Source: a virus (lineage: Duplodnaviria > Caudoviricetes). From it: 64,000 nt of DNA. Positions 1-8,154 of this stretch are shown here, piece after piece (the stretch's first letter is position 1; each line of letters opens with the position of its first letter). The notes below the pieces were generated by a model. The model worked only from the letters and a program-made list of their open reading frames with translations, was not told the DNA's origin and made no database searches. The DNA is taken from positions 1 through 64,000 of IMG/VR virus record IMGVR_UViG_3300020049_008034; one strand, given 5' to 3'. Made by a program: the position numbers and the translations under genes.

Positions 1-37
1 CCGAGGCTGTGGAATTCTTTTTGGCAAATTGGACAGT

Positions 38-295
38 TCATAACGTAAGTTTATCTATTGCTTTACCAATCTCAACCGGATCAGGAACAGGGAGTTCTTC
101 ACCTCGTCTCCAGCGGTTGTAAGTCTTAAGGAGTTCTTTGGCTTTGTTTAGTTCGGCGAAATATTCGTCGCCCGGATGATCAGGAAGGAGGTTGTATTGT
201 TCCTCTAGCATGGACTCGTTAGGAAGCCCTCCGTAACACTCTTTGATGTAATCTTCAAGTGTGATGTATCGATTGACGTATGGGTCGTATTTCAT
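38..295 (-). CDS. Hypothetical phage protein (85 aa)
   Basis: ORF track; 4-bp overlap with the upstream gene. Confidence 0.7.
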   Translation of the reverse strand: MKYDPYVNRYITLEDYIKECYGGLPNESMLEEQYNLLPDHPGDEYFAELNKAKELLKTYNRWRRGEELPVPDPVEIGKAIDKLTL

Positions 296-696
296 AGGCT
301 CTTTAAACGACTAATCACATCCTCACTCGTATGTCCATCCCATTCGTACTTTGCTTTTTCAACTGCTGGCACGCGGAAAAGATCCCAGTGCTTCATCTCG
401 TAATGATTTGAAATCTGACCACTCGGAAGGTTGGCGACAACAATAAACCATCCACCACCGAAACATAGCTCTCCATCGTGGTGTCGTTGTGATTTGTGTA
501 CGTCGTGTTTTGCTGGTAAGCTGACGAAATCGCATTCTTCTGCATCTCGTCCCCACTCATTAAAAAGTGAGACGTTGTAGGCCAAACGAATGTCGTAAAG
601 ATCTGAAAAGGTGTGCCATCCATCAGATACCTGAGATACATCTTTTCCGTCCGCCTTGGAGTCCAGGATGATTTGGTTGATTTTATCGATTTTCAT
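292..696 (-). CDS. Conserved phage protein with C-terminal WDGH motif
   Basis: WHTFSDLY...ELCFGGGWFIVVANLPSGQISNHY...EWDGHT; start moved to MKIDK (696), just downstream of a -7 promoter element. Confidence 0.75.
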   Translation of the reverse strand: MKIDKINQIILDSKADGKDVSQVSDGWHTFSDLYDIRLAYNVSLFNEWGRDAEECDFVSLPAKHDVHKSQRHHDGELCFGGGWFIVVANLPSGQISNHYEMKHWDLFRVPAVEKAKYEWDGHTSEDVISRLKSL

Positions 697-700
697 GCCA

Positions 701-731
701 CAAAGGTAAATCACTTAGGAATACGTGTCAA
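701..731 (-). promoter_or_regulatory. Bacteroidota sigma70-type promoter (leftward)
   Basis: Minus strand TTG (731-729), N20, TACCTTTG (708-701). Confidence 0.7.
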
Positions 732-1274
732 GGGTTTGGTGAAATATTGGGATGATTTTGTTTTGGGGTTATTTTTGGGTGTGTTTTGGAAGAATATTTG
801 GGAAAATGGGGTTTAAACTTACAATCGGCTTGTTTCAGCTCGGTAGGGGTGAAAATTATATTTGGTTTGGGGTGTTTTTGTGTCCAATTAAGAGGGTGTA
901 GGTTATTTTTATAGTTTGTCGATCTAGGGTGTGAGTAGATACATAGCAGGCCAGGGGTGCAAATCGCTGCGGGAAACGCGATCGCGAAGGCCGACGGGGG
1001 TGTAAAGCGATTGTGAAAGGGTAGGGGGTGTGTTTACTTATATGCACAAAACGTGCTCCAGAAGGCACTGAAAAAGTGATTTTAGTACACACGTTCTAAT
1101 TATGCTAAATGCCTCTATTGATAATCAATACGTTACGATCGTAAGCATAATGGTAAATTTGTTGTGACTACCTTAAGCTAGGTAAAACTAATTAGGTACT
1201 GCTTTTACGTGTATAGCCTATATTTTTGCATATTTATATGTTTTTATTGGTTTGCGGTCCTTTGGGGGGTATTA

Positions 1275-1484
1275 CTGAGGATTAGGTGTGTATGGCTGTC
1301 TGCCTAGACGACGACTAACCACTACGACCAATAAAGCCACTGTTAGCCACTGTACTATATTAAGCCCATTAAACTGTATAATTTCTGTATAAATCTGTAT
1401 AATGGCTGTATGTGGTCATTTGGGCGTGTTGCTGAGGATTGCGTGTGTTGTGCTTCCGCTGGAGTGTTAACTAGCCACTACGAC
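1275..1484. repeat. Duplicated non-coding unit plus phased CTGTAT repeats
   Basis: CTGAGGATT at 1275 and 1432; CCACTACGAC at 1319 and 1475; CTGTAT at 1374, 1385, 1395, 1406. Confidence 0.7.
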
Positions 1485-1651
1485 TAATGTGACCATAAAC
1501 CACTATCAAACCCTCTGACAATCGCGTGTACCGTTTCTCCTTGCCTATTATGCGCTACAATCTAACGTCAATAGGGTATTTTTGCGTTTGTACTTGTTTA
1601 TTTGGCTATCCTAGTTTACTTTTGTCTCATTGTTCATCTAAATTCAATGCA

Positions 1652-2053
1652 ATGAAAATCGTTAAACTTGTTGTAGTCTTTGAAAGCAGTCACCCAATAA
1701 CCATACGCAAAAAGGTAACGGCTGAATTTTGGGTTTATGAAAGAAAGTATAACGTCGAACTAGATAAAGACAGCGACGAAATAAAAGAAGCACTGAACAA
1801 GTGTTTCAACCTCTTTAAAAAGGAAGAGTGCAGAATTGATATTTACGTGGAGAACGAAGGGCAAATTATACTGGACTCCCAACAACGTTTTTTAATTGCT
1901 GGGCTTGATCTTAAGTTTAAGAAAGGTATTAAGAATGAATACTATCAATACTCTGACTTTGTTTTTTCTGATAAGAAGGAGTTTTTTAGTGCTGTTTCTC
2001 TTATTGGGCAATATGCAATTAACGTTTATCAGAATTCATTGCTTAGCGTTTAA
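1652..2053 (+). CDS. Hypothetical early protein
   Basis: ORF track; start moved to MKIVK. Confidence 0.65.
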   Translation: MKIVKLVVVFESSHPITIRKKVTAEFWVYERKYNVELDKDSDEIKEALNKCFNLFKKEECRIDIYVENEGQIILDSQQRFLIAGLDLKFKKGIKNEYYQYSDFVFSDKKEFFSAVSLIGQYAINVYQNSLLSV

Positions 2054-2099
2054 GTTCATCCGGGTTTCACTTAATTTTTAAACCTTTAAAACTCTTACC

Positions 2100-2375
2100 A
2101 TGCTTTACACCAAAATATTTCCCGCTAAAGTCAACGCCGCCGACGTTTTACCCGCTTATGACTGGGCTATTGCAAACCGTTCTAATGGAGTATTGCGGAC
2201 CGACGCACATTCAATGCTCAATTTAGATATGCTGCATTATTGGCTCAAGGTTGGGACTGGAGTTTTGATTCTTGATAAGTCTAAACCTTTAGCTGGTACT
2301 TATCTTATTCCTTTTCCACATGCTAAAGTAAAGCATTGGGTTAAGTCTGGAAAGCTTAAGATTGAAAGGATTTAA
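2100..2375 (+). CDS. Hypothetical early protein
   Basis: ORF track; motif follows the stop. Confidence 0.75.
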   Translation: MLYTKIFPAKVNAADVLPAYDWAIANRSNGVLRTDAHSMLNLDMLHYWLKVGTGVLILDKSKPLAGTYLIPFPHAKVKHWVKSGKLKIERI

Positions 2376-2390
2376 GTTCATCCGGGATTT

Positions 2391-2424
2391 TAATGGCCTG
2401 TAGATTTATTTCTACAGGCCATTA
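2391..2424 (+). terminator. Perfect 14-bp hairpin (terminator or processing stem)
   Basis: TAATGGCCTGTAGA-TTTATT-TCTACAGGCCATTA; no strong U tract. Confidence 0.5.
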
Positions 2425-2510
2425 TTCATTTAAGAACTTTATACGCAATTCTCAGCCCATTTAAACGGTGTGTAACGAAAATTTAGTTCAAATATACCTA
2501 CTTTGGTGTA

Positions 2511-2541
2511 TTGCGCACTGTATTTTATCTCCTTACCTTTG
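2511..2541 (+). promoter_or_regulatory. Bacteroidota-type promoter
   Basis: TTG (2511), N20, TACCTTTG (2534-2541). Confidence 0.7.
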
Positions 2542-2557
2542 TTGAAAATCAAACGAT

Positions 2558-2764
2558 ATGAAAAATCTAACCTTTGCTTTCTTGTTTATCCCTTTCTTAT
2601 CTTTCAGCCAAATGCCCAGTACTACGAAAGATAGTCTGGTTATTGGGACCGTTGTAAGGGATACTACTTTACAGGTGTTTACCTCAAAGACTGGCTCTAA
2701 GTTTTTGGTGTTGTGGTCTGAGAAGTCACAACGGTATTACAGGGTTTATTTGCCTAAAAAGTAG
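2558..2764 (+). CDS. Small secreted protein
   Basis: Signal-peptide-like N-terminus MKNLTFAFLFIPFLSFS-Q. Confidence 0.7.
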   Translation: MKNLTFAFLFIPFLSFSQMPSTTKDSLVIGTVVRDTTLQVFTSKTGSKFLVLWSEKSQRYYRVYLPKK

Positions 2765-2800
2765 TTCATCCGGGATTTTTTCACGCTAACAAACATTCAC

Positions 2801-2941
2801 ATGAGAACGTTTATCATTCAAATCTTTAATTCGCTGGGAAACTTGGTTTTTTCTGGCAAATGTAAAGCGGTATCATTCGATGATGCACGCGCAATGGCCG
2901 AACTTTCGGCCAAAAGTGGTGATGAAATAAAAATTTCTTAA
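2801..2941 (+). CDS. Small hypothetical protein (46 aa, below track cutoff)
   Basis: Manual translation MRTFIIQIFNSLGNLVFSG...DEIKIS; fills the gap between genes. Confidence 0.55.
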   Translation: MRTFIIQIFNSLGNLVFSGKCKAVSFDDARAMAELSAKSGDEIKIS

Positions 2942-2958
2942 CTCTTCAATTCAAAACA

Positions 2959-3288
2959 ATGATAACGCAAGAACGCGCTAAACAACTAGCTTTTGAATGG
3001 TTTGAAAATGACCATTTTAATCAATTTGCCGTAGACGGTGAATATAAGCCTGAATTTTGTCTCCGTTACCTTATGTCGATTGAATGGGCCATTATTGCAC
3101 CTGAAAGCGCTTTAAGACCGTACAACCACACAAAAAAGAACAGAAAGCAGTTAGAACAACTTGAGGCGTATTTTTCTAAGATTTGCCCTTATCCTTTTGA
3201 ATGGACTAAACATCCTCAATATGGATATCGTGTTCCGCAATTACTGGAGCATGTTGAAGGTGTTCATGGTTTGCGTTTACCTGTTTAA
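2959..3288 (+). CDS. Hypothetical early protein
   Basis: ORF track. Confidence 0.75.
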   Translation: MITQERAKQLAFEWFENDHFNQFAVDGEYKPEFCLRYLMSIEWAIIAPESALRPYNHTKKNRKQLEQLEAYFSKICPYPFEWTKHPQYGYRVPQLLEHVEGVHGLRLPV

Positions 3289-3325
3289 TTCATCCGGGAA
3301 TTTTTCAACCTTTCAATCTAATAAA

Positions 3326-3901
3326 ATGAGAACTGAACAGATTAATATCTATCAATTTTCAGAACTTTCTGAAAAAGCCAAACAAAACGCAATCGAAAAA
3401 CGTCGCTACTGGAATGTGAAACACAATTGGTGGAGCTTCATTTATGACCAGTTCAAAGAAGAACATCCACAATATGAAGATTGTGAAATTTCGTTTTCTG
3501 GTTTTTCTTCTCAAGGTGATGGAGCTAGTTTTACATTTAGGATCGACAGCGCGTATTTTGAAAAGTGGGTAAACGAATTGACTATTATTCCAGAATGGAA
3601 GAAAGCTATTTTAGTTCACTATACGCCACAATTTTACGGAAAGCGCAATAGTTTGCCATACGTACACAAAAGAAGCGTTACAATCGAATTCGACAGCGAA
3701 GAACACCATTACCCAAACATTGATGAGTTTAAAGAACAAATGTATGCTAACTTTTTGGCTTTTCTTCGCTCTGAATATTATACCCACTGCGATGAACTTT
3801 ACCGGACGCTTGAAGAGGAGTATGATTTTAGGACTTCTGATAAATACATAATTGAGAGGATGACAGATTGTGAGTTTTACGAGAATGGCGAAACTTATTA
3901 G
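3326..3901 (+). CDS. Conserved-looking phage early protein
   Basis: Start moved to MRTEQ; YQFSELSEKAKQNAIE N-terminus and acidic C-terminus. Confidence 0.75.
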   Translation: MRTEQINIYQFSELSEKAKQNAIEKRRYWNVKHNWWSFIYDQFKEEHPQYEDCEISFSGFSSQGDGASFTFRIDSAYFEKWVNELTIIPEWKKAILVHYTPQFYGKRNSLPYVHKRSVTIEFDSEEHHYPNIDEFKEQMYANFLAFLRSEYYTHCDELYRTLEEEYDFRTSDKYIIERMTDCEFYENGETY

Positions 3902-3922
3902 GGATTTGGGCCGTTTTGGCCC

Positions 3923-3975
3923 TTCCGTCGCGTTATGTGTGTAACGCCTGAAGAGTCGAAAACGACGAAACGGAA
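3923..3975 (+). ncRNA. Type III hammerhead ribozyme 1
   Basis: TTCCG-TC / GCGTTAT-GTGT-GTAACGC / CTGAAGA / GTCG-AAAA-CGAC / GAAA / CGGAA: full core and three stems; GUC cleavage after 3929. Confidence 0.93.
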
Positions 3976-3994
3976 AACTTTAAATTAACACAAC

Positions 3995-4159
3995 ATGACA
4001 CTTTTTGAACAATTTCATAAAAAAATAGCAGATTGTGCAACATTGCACGACCTTGAGCTAATAAAAGAAGAGGTTAAATCTGCTTTTGATGCTGACAGCG
4101 ACGAAAGGCTTGAACTTCTTGGGTTTGCTGGGATGGTGGAGGATTATTTAACATTCTAA
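3995..4159 (+). CDS. Small hypothetical protein (54 aa)
   Basis: Manual translation MTLFEQFHKKIADC...DYLTF; A-rich start context after the hammerhead. Confidence 0.6.
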   Translation: MTLFEQFHKKIADCATLHDLELIKEEVKSAFDADSDERLELLGFAGMVEDYLTF

Positions 4160-4170
4160 ATTTATCTAAC

Positions 4171-4428
4171 ATGGAATATTTACCAGACAACGCTTTTTGC
4201 ATTATCGACTCCAATCGTGGGATTTATATCCCTAGGGAATTTGCTAGGATTTGGGGTGAAGCATCCACAATGACTGCTGAACAAAGATTTATTCTTTCCG
4301 CCGGTCCTGATCACGTTGATTATTGGGACGTTTGGACCGAAATTGTGGACAATGTTGTTTTTGAGTTTGACGGTGAAAAATGTGTTTTGTGGGAGGACAG
4401 CGATTTATTCGCCGTTCCTGTAAATTAA
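4171..4428 (+). CDS. Hypothetical early protein
   Basis: ORF track. Confidence 0.75.
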   Translation: MEYLPDNAFCIIDSNRGIYIPREFARIWGEASTMTAEQRFILSAGPDHVDYWDVWTEIVDNVVFEFDGEKCVLWEDSDLFAVPVN

Positions 4429-4464
4429 TTCTTTTAGGGTATAGGAATTTAGTTTCCTTCTTTT

Positions 4465-4472
4465 TACCTTTG
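4465..4472 (+). promoter_or_regulatory. Possible -7 promoter element
   Basis: TACCTTTG; no clear TTG at -33; motif 5 nt downstream. Confidence 0.45.
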
Positions 4473-4526
4473 TATTGTTCATCCGGGCCATGTGCACGAT
4501 TTTTTTTCACACTTCAATCTATCCTT

Positions 4527-4889
4527 ATGAAAATCGAATCTTTTAACCCTGTTTTTGCAATAAACGGTAAAGCGCATAAAAAAGAAAAAGGCTATGCGGG
4601 TACTTACCTTATTGTTGACGCAAATTTAAATGTAAAATTGGATTTGCGCATTTACTGGACTGAAGCAAGGTGTTATGCTTGTGTTTGGTTCAATGGTGCA
4701 AGTGGTAGCGGTTATGCTGGTGGATGGGGTTACGAAAAAACCAGCGCTGCCGCTGAAGCCGCATTTCGTTGTGCGGGTCTTAAGATTAGCGGCTTGAGTG
4801 CCAGTGGAATGATTACAGAGGCTTTAGAATTGATCGCTGTTGAAATTCTGGGGCTTGATTCTTTCAAAGTTATACATACTCATCCTTAA
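4527..4889 (+). CDS. Hypothetical early protein
   Basis: Start moved to MKIES; contains SGSGYAGGWGYEKTSAA. Confidence 0.75.
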   Translation: MKIESFNPVFAINGKAHKKEKGYAGTYLIVDANLNVKLDLRIYWTEARCYACVWFNGASGSGYAGGWGYEKTSAAAEAAFRCAGLKISGLSASGMITEALELIAVEILGLDSFKVIHTHP

Positions 4890-4896
4890 TATTTTC

Positions 4897-4941
4897 AGCC
4901 GTGACGGTCTTAGTTAGCGTTCGATTCGCTAAACGGCTCAA
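4897..4941 (+). ncRNA. tRNA-like T-loop minihelix
   Basis: AGCCGT/ACGGCT stem stacked on TTAGCG-TTCGATT-CGCTAA (12 bp in total), ending in CAA followed by the motif. Confidence 0.6.
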
Positions 4942-4974
4942 TTCATCCGGGATTTTCCCACAAATTTTACAACT

Positions 4975-5346
4975 ATGTTACTCAAGGATATTTTCAAGCA
5001 AAAACCACAAAGGCCAGAAGTGGTAAAAAGGCCAATAATCGATGGTTATGGACTTGACCCTGATTTGTTTATAGAACATGCTGAAAAGCTTAAAAAGTAC
5101 CTTGATTATCAAAATAAAGCCTATGTTTTGTGGGCTGAATATGATAACAGTGTTTTAGTTTGGCTTGATTCTATGTTTAAACAAGTCGTTACCGATGTTT
5201 CATACCAATTCCCAGTGGATAAACGAGAAATTGCCCTACAGGCTGCCAAAAAACGTGTAGATATCGGTGATTTTGTCGACTACGATTTACAAGACTGGAT
5301 TGATTTTAGGGATGAACTAGAATTTCTTTCAAATCTTTTTTCATAA
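4975..5346 (+). CDS. Hypothetical early protein
   Basis: ORF track. Confidence 0.75.
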   Translation: MLLKDIFKQKPQRPEVVKRPIIDGYGLDPDLFIEHAEKLKKYLDYQNKAYVLWAEYDNSVLVWLDSMFKQVVTDVSYQFPVDKREIALQAAKKRVDIGDFVDYDLQDWIDFRDELEFLSNLFS

Positions 5347-5363
5347 CCAACAAACTTAAAAAA

Positions 5364-5825
5364 ATGATTACTATTCAAACAAAAGAATGGTTCGACAAGG
5401 TGAATGGAAACACCTATTTTTCCGCTGAAGTTCATCTGGGCAATGATTTAATTATGGTTCTGCCGTTCCAATACGGCTATAATGGCGCAAGGCAGGAGGT
5501 TGAAAATAGATTGGCCAAGCACTTTAGTAGTTGCGCCGAACGTTGGGAATTGCGATTGCGCAAAAATGGCATTGAAATCAGTGAGACTAAAAGTAAAGCG
5601 TTGAAGCGTGAACTTTCCAGGGAAAGCTTTGAAGATTTCACACCTTTCCTGAAAGATGAAAATCTGGCCCTTTATGCGGCGCATTCTATGCGCGAAGGTA
5701 TTCCGCTTAACCATCACACGATGGAAAACGTTTACATTGATTGGCTGACCAATGAAGGTGTTGGTATTACTTTTGCCAATGGTAGTAACGAACTTTATTC
5801 GTTTAATTCTTTCAATTGGTTTTAA
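5364..5825 (+). CDS. Hypothetical early protein
   Basis: ORF track; KEWFDKVNGNTYFSA...PFQYGY. Confidence 0.75.
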   Translation: MITIQTKEWFDKVNGNTYFSAEVHLGNDLIMVLPFQYGYNGARQEVENRLAKHFSSCAERWELRLRKNGIEISETKSKALKRELSRESFEDFTPFLKDENLALYAAHSMREGIPLNHHTMENVYIDWLTNEGVGITFANGSNELYSFNSFNWF

Positions 5826-5858
5826 TTCATCCGGGCTATGCCCACAAAACTTACGATA

Positions 5859-5990
5859 ATGGGAGGAATGACATTAGATTGGGTTTATTCGCCTTATGTG
5901 CCACCTGTAAAGATTGTAGCACCTAAACCAAAGCCTAAAAGCAAACATAATAAAGCCAGGGCGCTACGGTTTAAGGCTAAACATAGATAA
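5859..5990 (+). CDS. Small basic peptide (43 aa)
   Basis: Manual translation MGGMTLDWVYSPYVPPVKIVAPKPKPKSKHNKARALRFKAKHR; bounded by motif copies. Confidence 0.5.
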   Translation: MGGMTLDWVYSPYVPPVKIVAPKPKPKSKHNKARALRFKAKHR

Positions 5991-6016
5991 ACTCATCCGG
6001 GCCATGTGCGGTCCGG

Positions 6017-6068
6017 CCTGTCATGCCGTGTATTGCGGTGTCTGATGATTCGGAAACGATGAAACAGG
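6017..6068 (+). ncRNA. Type III hammerhead ribozyme 2
   Basis: CCTG-TC / ATGCCGT-GTATT-GCGGTGT / CTGATGA / T-TCG-GAAA-CGA-T / GAAA / CAGG; GUC cleavage after 6022; stem II has a U.U pair at its base. Confidence 0.85.
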
Positions 6069-6087
6069 GACGAGAAAAGTTAACAAA

Positions 6088-6405
6088 ATGGGTTACGCTG
6101 TATGGCATTCTCTGGAGATAAAAAACTCCACCGAAAAAGAAGTTATCATGGCTGATTTGCTTTCTGAAAATGAAAATGCAAGCTGTGCGCTAAATGAAGA
6201 TGGAACAGGCGAAGAATGGGAACGCTGGTATGGTATTGAAAAAGACATGCGCGAATTTTCCCTAAAATATCCTGGCGTACTATTTGAGTTTACGAATGAA
6301 GGCGAAGACGGCGACCGTTGGAAGGAATACTATATGGACGGCAAGTACCTTATGGCGTCTGCTATAATTACATACCCTGAGTTTGATGATAGAATGATGT
6401 CTTAG
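6088..6405 (+). CDS. Hypothetical early protein
   Basis: ORF track; FSLKYPGVLFEFTNEGEDG. Confidence 0.75.
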   Translation: MGYAVWHSLEIKNSTEKEVIMADLLSENENASCALNEDGTGEEWERWYGIEKDMREFSLKYPGVLFEFTNEGEDGDRWKEYYMDGKYLMASAIITYPEFDDRMMS

Positions 6406-6418
6406 ATCCATCCGGGCA

Positions 6419-6715
6419 ATGGCCCGCAAAACTAATAACATGACTTACTGGCAAGCATTCCACCAAATAATGCGCAAGGTCGACACAAGTCGCGGCGCTC
6501 CTATGGGCCGTCCAAATGTCGGTTCTCAACCAATCACTGTAACGCGCGACCCTAAATGCCGTGAATACAAATGTGATCAAACAAAAGTGTACCAACGTCG
6601 CGTTCCAATGATTGATGGCGCATATGACAGCGGTGGCGCTTATTGGGGTATTGGTAAACCGTTGTATGTGCGGTTTACTTTGGATTTGTCATACGTGGAG
6701 TTTTTCCGCGCTTAA
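6419..6715 (+). CDS. Conserved-looking phage protein (GAPMGR ... YDSGGAYWG)
   Basis: ORF track; motif-rich sequence. Confidence 0.75.
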   Translation: MARKTNNMTYWQAFHQIMRKVDTSRGAPMGRPNVGSQPITVTRDPKCREYKCDQTKVYQRRVPMIDGAYDSGGAYWGIGKPLYVRFTLDLSYVEFFRA

Positions 6716-6737
6716 TTCATCCGGGCAATAAATAGTT

Positions 6738-7046
6738 ATGAACAAGCAAATTGAACTCTTCAGGGCTGGTACGCCTAATGTTAGGGTATATATTCTACCT
6801 AAACAATGGGACGGTGTGACCGTTGTTTGGCCTTACAAGTCTGGTTATTCGTCTTTGACAAATGATGGGCAAATTTGTGAGCATTTTGTGGATACTGATT
6901 GCTATTCGTATGCAAATCCGGTTGACTCTAAAGGGTGTAAACACCTAGGCAAAAAAGCCAAATGGGAGGACTTGGACGAAAATGTGAAACAGTCTATTCT
7001 TTATCTATTCCCTTTAATTTGGGATGTTCATCCGGGTAATGTTTAG
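6738..7046 (+). CDS. Hypothetical early protein
   Basis: ORF track; motif lies in the last codons (HPG). Confidence 0.7.
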   Translation: MNKQIELFRAGTPNVRVYILPKQWDGVTVVWPYKSGYSSLTNDGQICEHFVDTDCYSYANPVDSKGCKHLGKKAKWEDLDENVKQSILYLFPLIWDVHPGNV

Positions 7047-7242
7047 AATAATGTACGACGGAGGCGATAAAGATTACTTTGTTGTCTCCGCAACCCATAC
7101 CGTAAATTTTGGCACTTATGAAGAAGCCAAGGTTTTTTACACGCTTGAGATGGCGCAATTGTACTATAAATCTTTCCCTGATCAATTTGTTGGGTCAAAA
7201 TTTGGCTGGCAAATTGTTTTTAATCAAGATTTATTTACATAA
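7039..7242 (+). CDS. Hypothetical early protein
   Basis: Start moved to ATG 7039, overlapping the upstream stop. Confidence 0.6.
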   Translation: MFRIMYDGGDKDYFVVSATHTVNFGTYEEAKVFYTLEMAQLYYKSFPDQFVGSKFGWQIVFNQDLFT

Positions 7243-7246
7243 AAGT

Positions 7247-7276
7247 TTGCAAGTCAGAATGTTATTTGTATATTTG
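7247..7276 (+). promoter_or_regulatory. Bacteroidota-type promoter abutting the motif
   Basis: TTG (7247), N19, TATATTTG (7269-7276), then TTCATCCGGG. Confidence 0.7.
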
Positions 7277-7310
7277 TTCATCCGGGCAATTGCTCGAAAA
7301 TTCAACAAAA

Positions 7311-7556
7311 ATGGTTGTTATAAACGATTTTAGCAAACAAATAGAATTGCTGCTTAATGGCAGCCCTGTTGGTGTGATTGACAACCTTATGCAACTCCAG
7401 GATATTAGAGTGCAGATAAGGAAAAATCAACTTTCTGGGTACGCAATCAAGCACAATGAAAATTTAATTCACATTAACAGCGACGGACATTTCCAGCCCG
7501 CTAAATTGGTCCCATTCTATAAGCAATGGGTGGATATGTGTTCTGAATTATTTTAA
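7311..7556 (+). CDS. Hypothetical early protein
   Basis: Start moved to MVVIN. Confidence 0.7.
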   Translation: MVVINDFSKQIELLLNGSPVGVIDNLMQLQDIRVQIRKNQLSGYAIKHNENLIHINSDGHFQPAKLVPFYKQWVDMCSELF

Positions 7557-7587
7557 TCATCCGGGCATTGCCCTAAATCTAAACAAA

Positions 7588-8154
7588 ATGTATATCTTCA
7601 TTAAACGAGACGAAGGGTGGTATGCCCTGGAGAAGTCGAAGATCACACGGCAATTATATGCTGAGTGTTTCGATTCGACTGGTCAGAAAATTGGTCACGA
7701 TGTAGCTGGGACTGTTTTGGAAATCCAAAGCGAGGTTGCCGCACATACGATTACCAAATACGCTCGTCAGGAATCAATCACCAATAAACGGTTTAAAATT
7801 GGTGATCAAATTTCCGCTACACCTGAAATGTCACCTTATTACGATGATCAGCTATTTTATTTCGCCTATGACCTGGACGGAGTTGACCGATTTGAGGAGG
7901 GCGTAATGGCTTATTCGTATCGTGGTTGGTCGAATTGGCATACACTGTTTTTTGATTTTGACAACCTTGATGGGTTTGTTGAGGAGGTTGAGCGCAATGA
8001 GAAGCTCATCCGGGCTTTACGTGGTGCTATTGGGGCTTATCGACAACACAATACACCTGATCGTTACGGTCGGTCATGGGAAGGGAAAAGATTTCGTGTG
8101 TCAACTAGCCTCATGGCTGACGCATGGTGGGATTTTAAAATCGAAGAGCTATGA
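7588..8154 (+). CDS. Hypothetical early protein
   Basis: ORF track. Confidence 0.75.
   Translation: MYIFIKRDEGWYALEKSKITRQLYAECFDSTGQKIGHDVAGTVLEIQSEVAAHTITKYARQESITNKRFKIGDQISATPEMSPYYDDQLFYFAYDLDGVDRFEEGVMAYSYRGWSNWHTLFFDFDNLDGFVEEVERNEKLIRALRGAIGAYRQHNTPDRYGRSWEGKRFRVSTSLMADAWWDFKIEEL

Noticed and set aside
856-1092. ORFs in the divergent non-coding region (also 613-816)
   Set aside because: Low-complexity composition, overlap with promoters, no typical start context.
1275-1470. CTGAGGA at 1275 and 1432 as hammerhead cores
   Set aside because: No correctly placed GAAA or stem III.
2055-7565. Motif-punctuated array as a CRISPR array
   Set aside because: Repeats are only 8-16 nt, spacing is hundreds of bp and filled by ORFs, and no cas genes are present.
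2055-7565. Integron attC cassette array
   Set aside because: No R''/R' (RYYYAAC...GTTRRRY) palindromic sites, and the recombinase is distant and shows no integron-integrase insertion that I can recognise.
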